A stretch of DNA of 32,000 nt from Candidatus Hadarchaeales archaeon (GTDB lineage Archaea > Hadarchaeota > Hadarchaeia > Hadarchaeales > Hadarchaeaceae). Below the pieces are notes generated by a model that did not search any database, was not told the origin of the DNA, and saw only the letters and a list, made by a program, of their open reading frames with translations. Both the position numbers and the translations under genes were made by a program. Below, piece by piece: positions 31,652 through 32,000 of the stretch (position 1 is its first letter; the number at the start of each line of letters is the position of its first letter). The DNA lies in contig JAWBCC010000003.1 in NCBI GenBank assembly GCA_038823825.1, positions 60,001-92,000 on the forward strand. The letters are read 5' to 3'.

Positions 31652-32000
31652 AAACCGGTTACAAACAAACGCCAATCGGTAGTATCCCGAAGGAGTGGGA
31701 GGTTGTCAGGCTTGGGGATATTTCTAAGGTATCTTCGGGGAATACAGCACCGCAAGATAAAAAATATTTTGAAAATGGGAAATATCCTTTCATAAGAGTT
31801 CAGCACCTTAGTACATTGCTAGAAAATAAATATCCTATTATTTGCGATTTTGTAAATGACTTGGCTGTTGAGGAACTCAAATTGAAAAAATTCAAGAAAG
31901 GTTCTATAATATTTCCGAAAAGCGGGGAGTCTATAAGGCTTGAAAAAAGGGCGATACTAAGAGAGGATTCCTATGTGGTAAACCACTTAGTTGTTGTCGA
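31648..32000 (+). CDS. hsdS: type I R-M specificity subunit, N-terminal part (continues beyond window)
   Basis: This ORF is not in the supplied track because it has no stop in the window. The frame-1 ORF from TTG 31648 reads LKTGYKQTPIGSIPKEWEVVRLGDISKVSSGNTAPQDKKYFENGKYPFIRVQHL..., the canonical HsdS target-recognition-domain N-terminus. Confidence 0.8.
   Translation, partial: MKTGYKQTPIGSIPKEWEVVRLGDISKVSSGNTAPQDKKYFENGKYPFIRVQHLSTLLENKYPIICDFVNDLAVEELKLKKFKKGSIIFPKSGESIRLEKRAILREDSYVVNHLVVV

Noticed and set aside
27831-32000. Direct repeat of the tRNA-Tyr 3' half (att site) or an integrase gene marking an integrated element
   Set aside because: By eye I found no copy of ttcaaatctcccccgcggga or a substantial part of it downstream, and no integrase-like ORF. 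The boundary may lie beyond the window, so I make no integrated-element call.

Overview
Gene-dense archaeal chromosome segment. Archaeal signatures are TATA-box promoters, several apparently leaderless starts, an intron-containing tRNA-Tyr with C1:G72, a thermosome, and five tRNA genes that all encode CCA. The gene content (Ku/ligase pair, group 3b hydrogenase) looks Archaeoglobi-like, but I cannot verify that here.

Layout:
- 1-6 kb: thermosome 3' end, pdaD, and a compact cluster for the archaeal-type mevalonate pathway (mvk, a UbiD-family decarboxylase, aconitase-X large and small subunits).
- 6-16.4 kb: a frameshifted 'mini' paralog of a surface protein, tRNA-Val(CAC), an orphan secreted protein, a class II aldolase, nadA, a rhomboid protease and tRNA-Ala. 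These are followed by the 5.9-kb parent gene, which has a signal peptide, dozens of parallel beta-helix repeats, an FN3-like domain, a Pro12 linker, two Ig-like repeats, a PGF-pre-PGF-like domain and a C-terminal anchor.
- 16.4-27.3 kb: housekeeping and accessory genes (cyclophilin-like protein, NUDIX hydrolase, tRNA-Val(GAC), deoxyhypusine synthase, a Ku plus ATP-dependent ligase NHEJ pair, a PIN-like orphan, tRNA-Gln). Also here are a translationally coupled hydBGDA-type [NiFe]-hydrogenase operon with its maturation protease, a UPF0316 protein, a small wHTH protein and a DUF763 protein.
- 27.3-32 kb: the most unusual part. Five helically phased copies of a perfect 14-bp palindrome bracket a small orphan ORF next to tRNA-Tyr. 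Beyond the tRNA lies a defence-type island: a stand-alone Cas4-like nuclease, a RadC-like JAB protein, and a type I R-M system whose hsdM carries an extra N-terminal wHTH and whose hsdM-hsdS junction holds an uncharacterised AT-rich ORF.

No CRISPR array, rRNA, transposase or integrase was seen.
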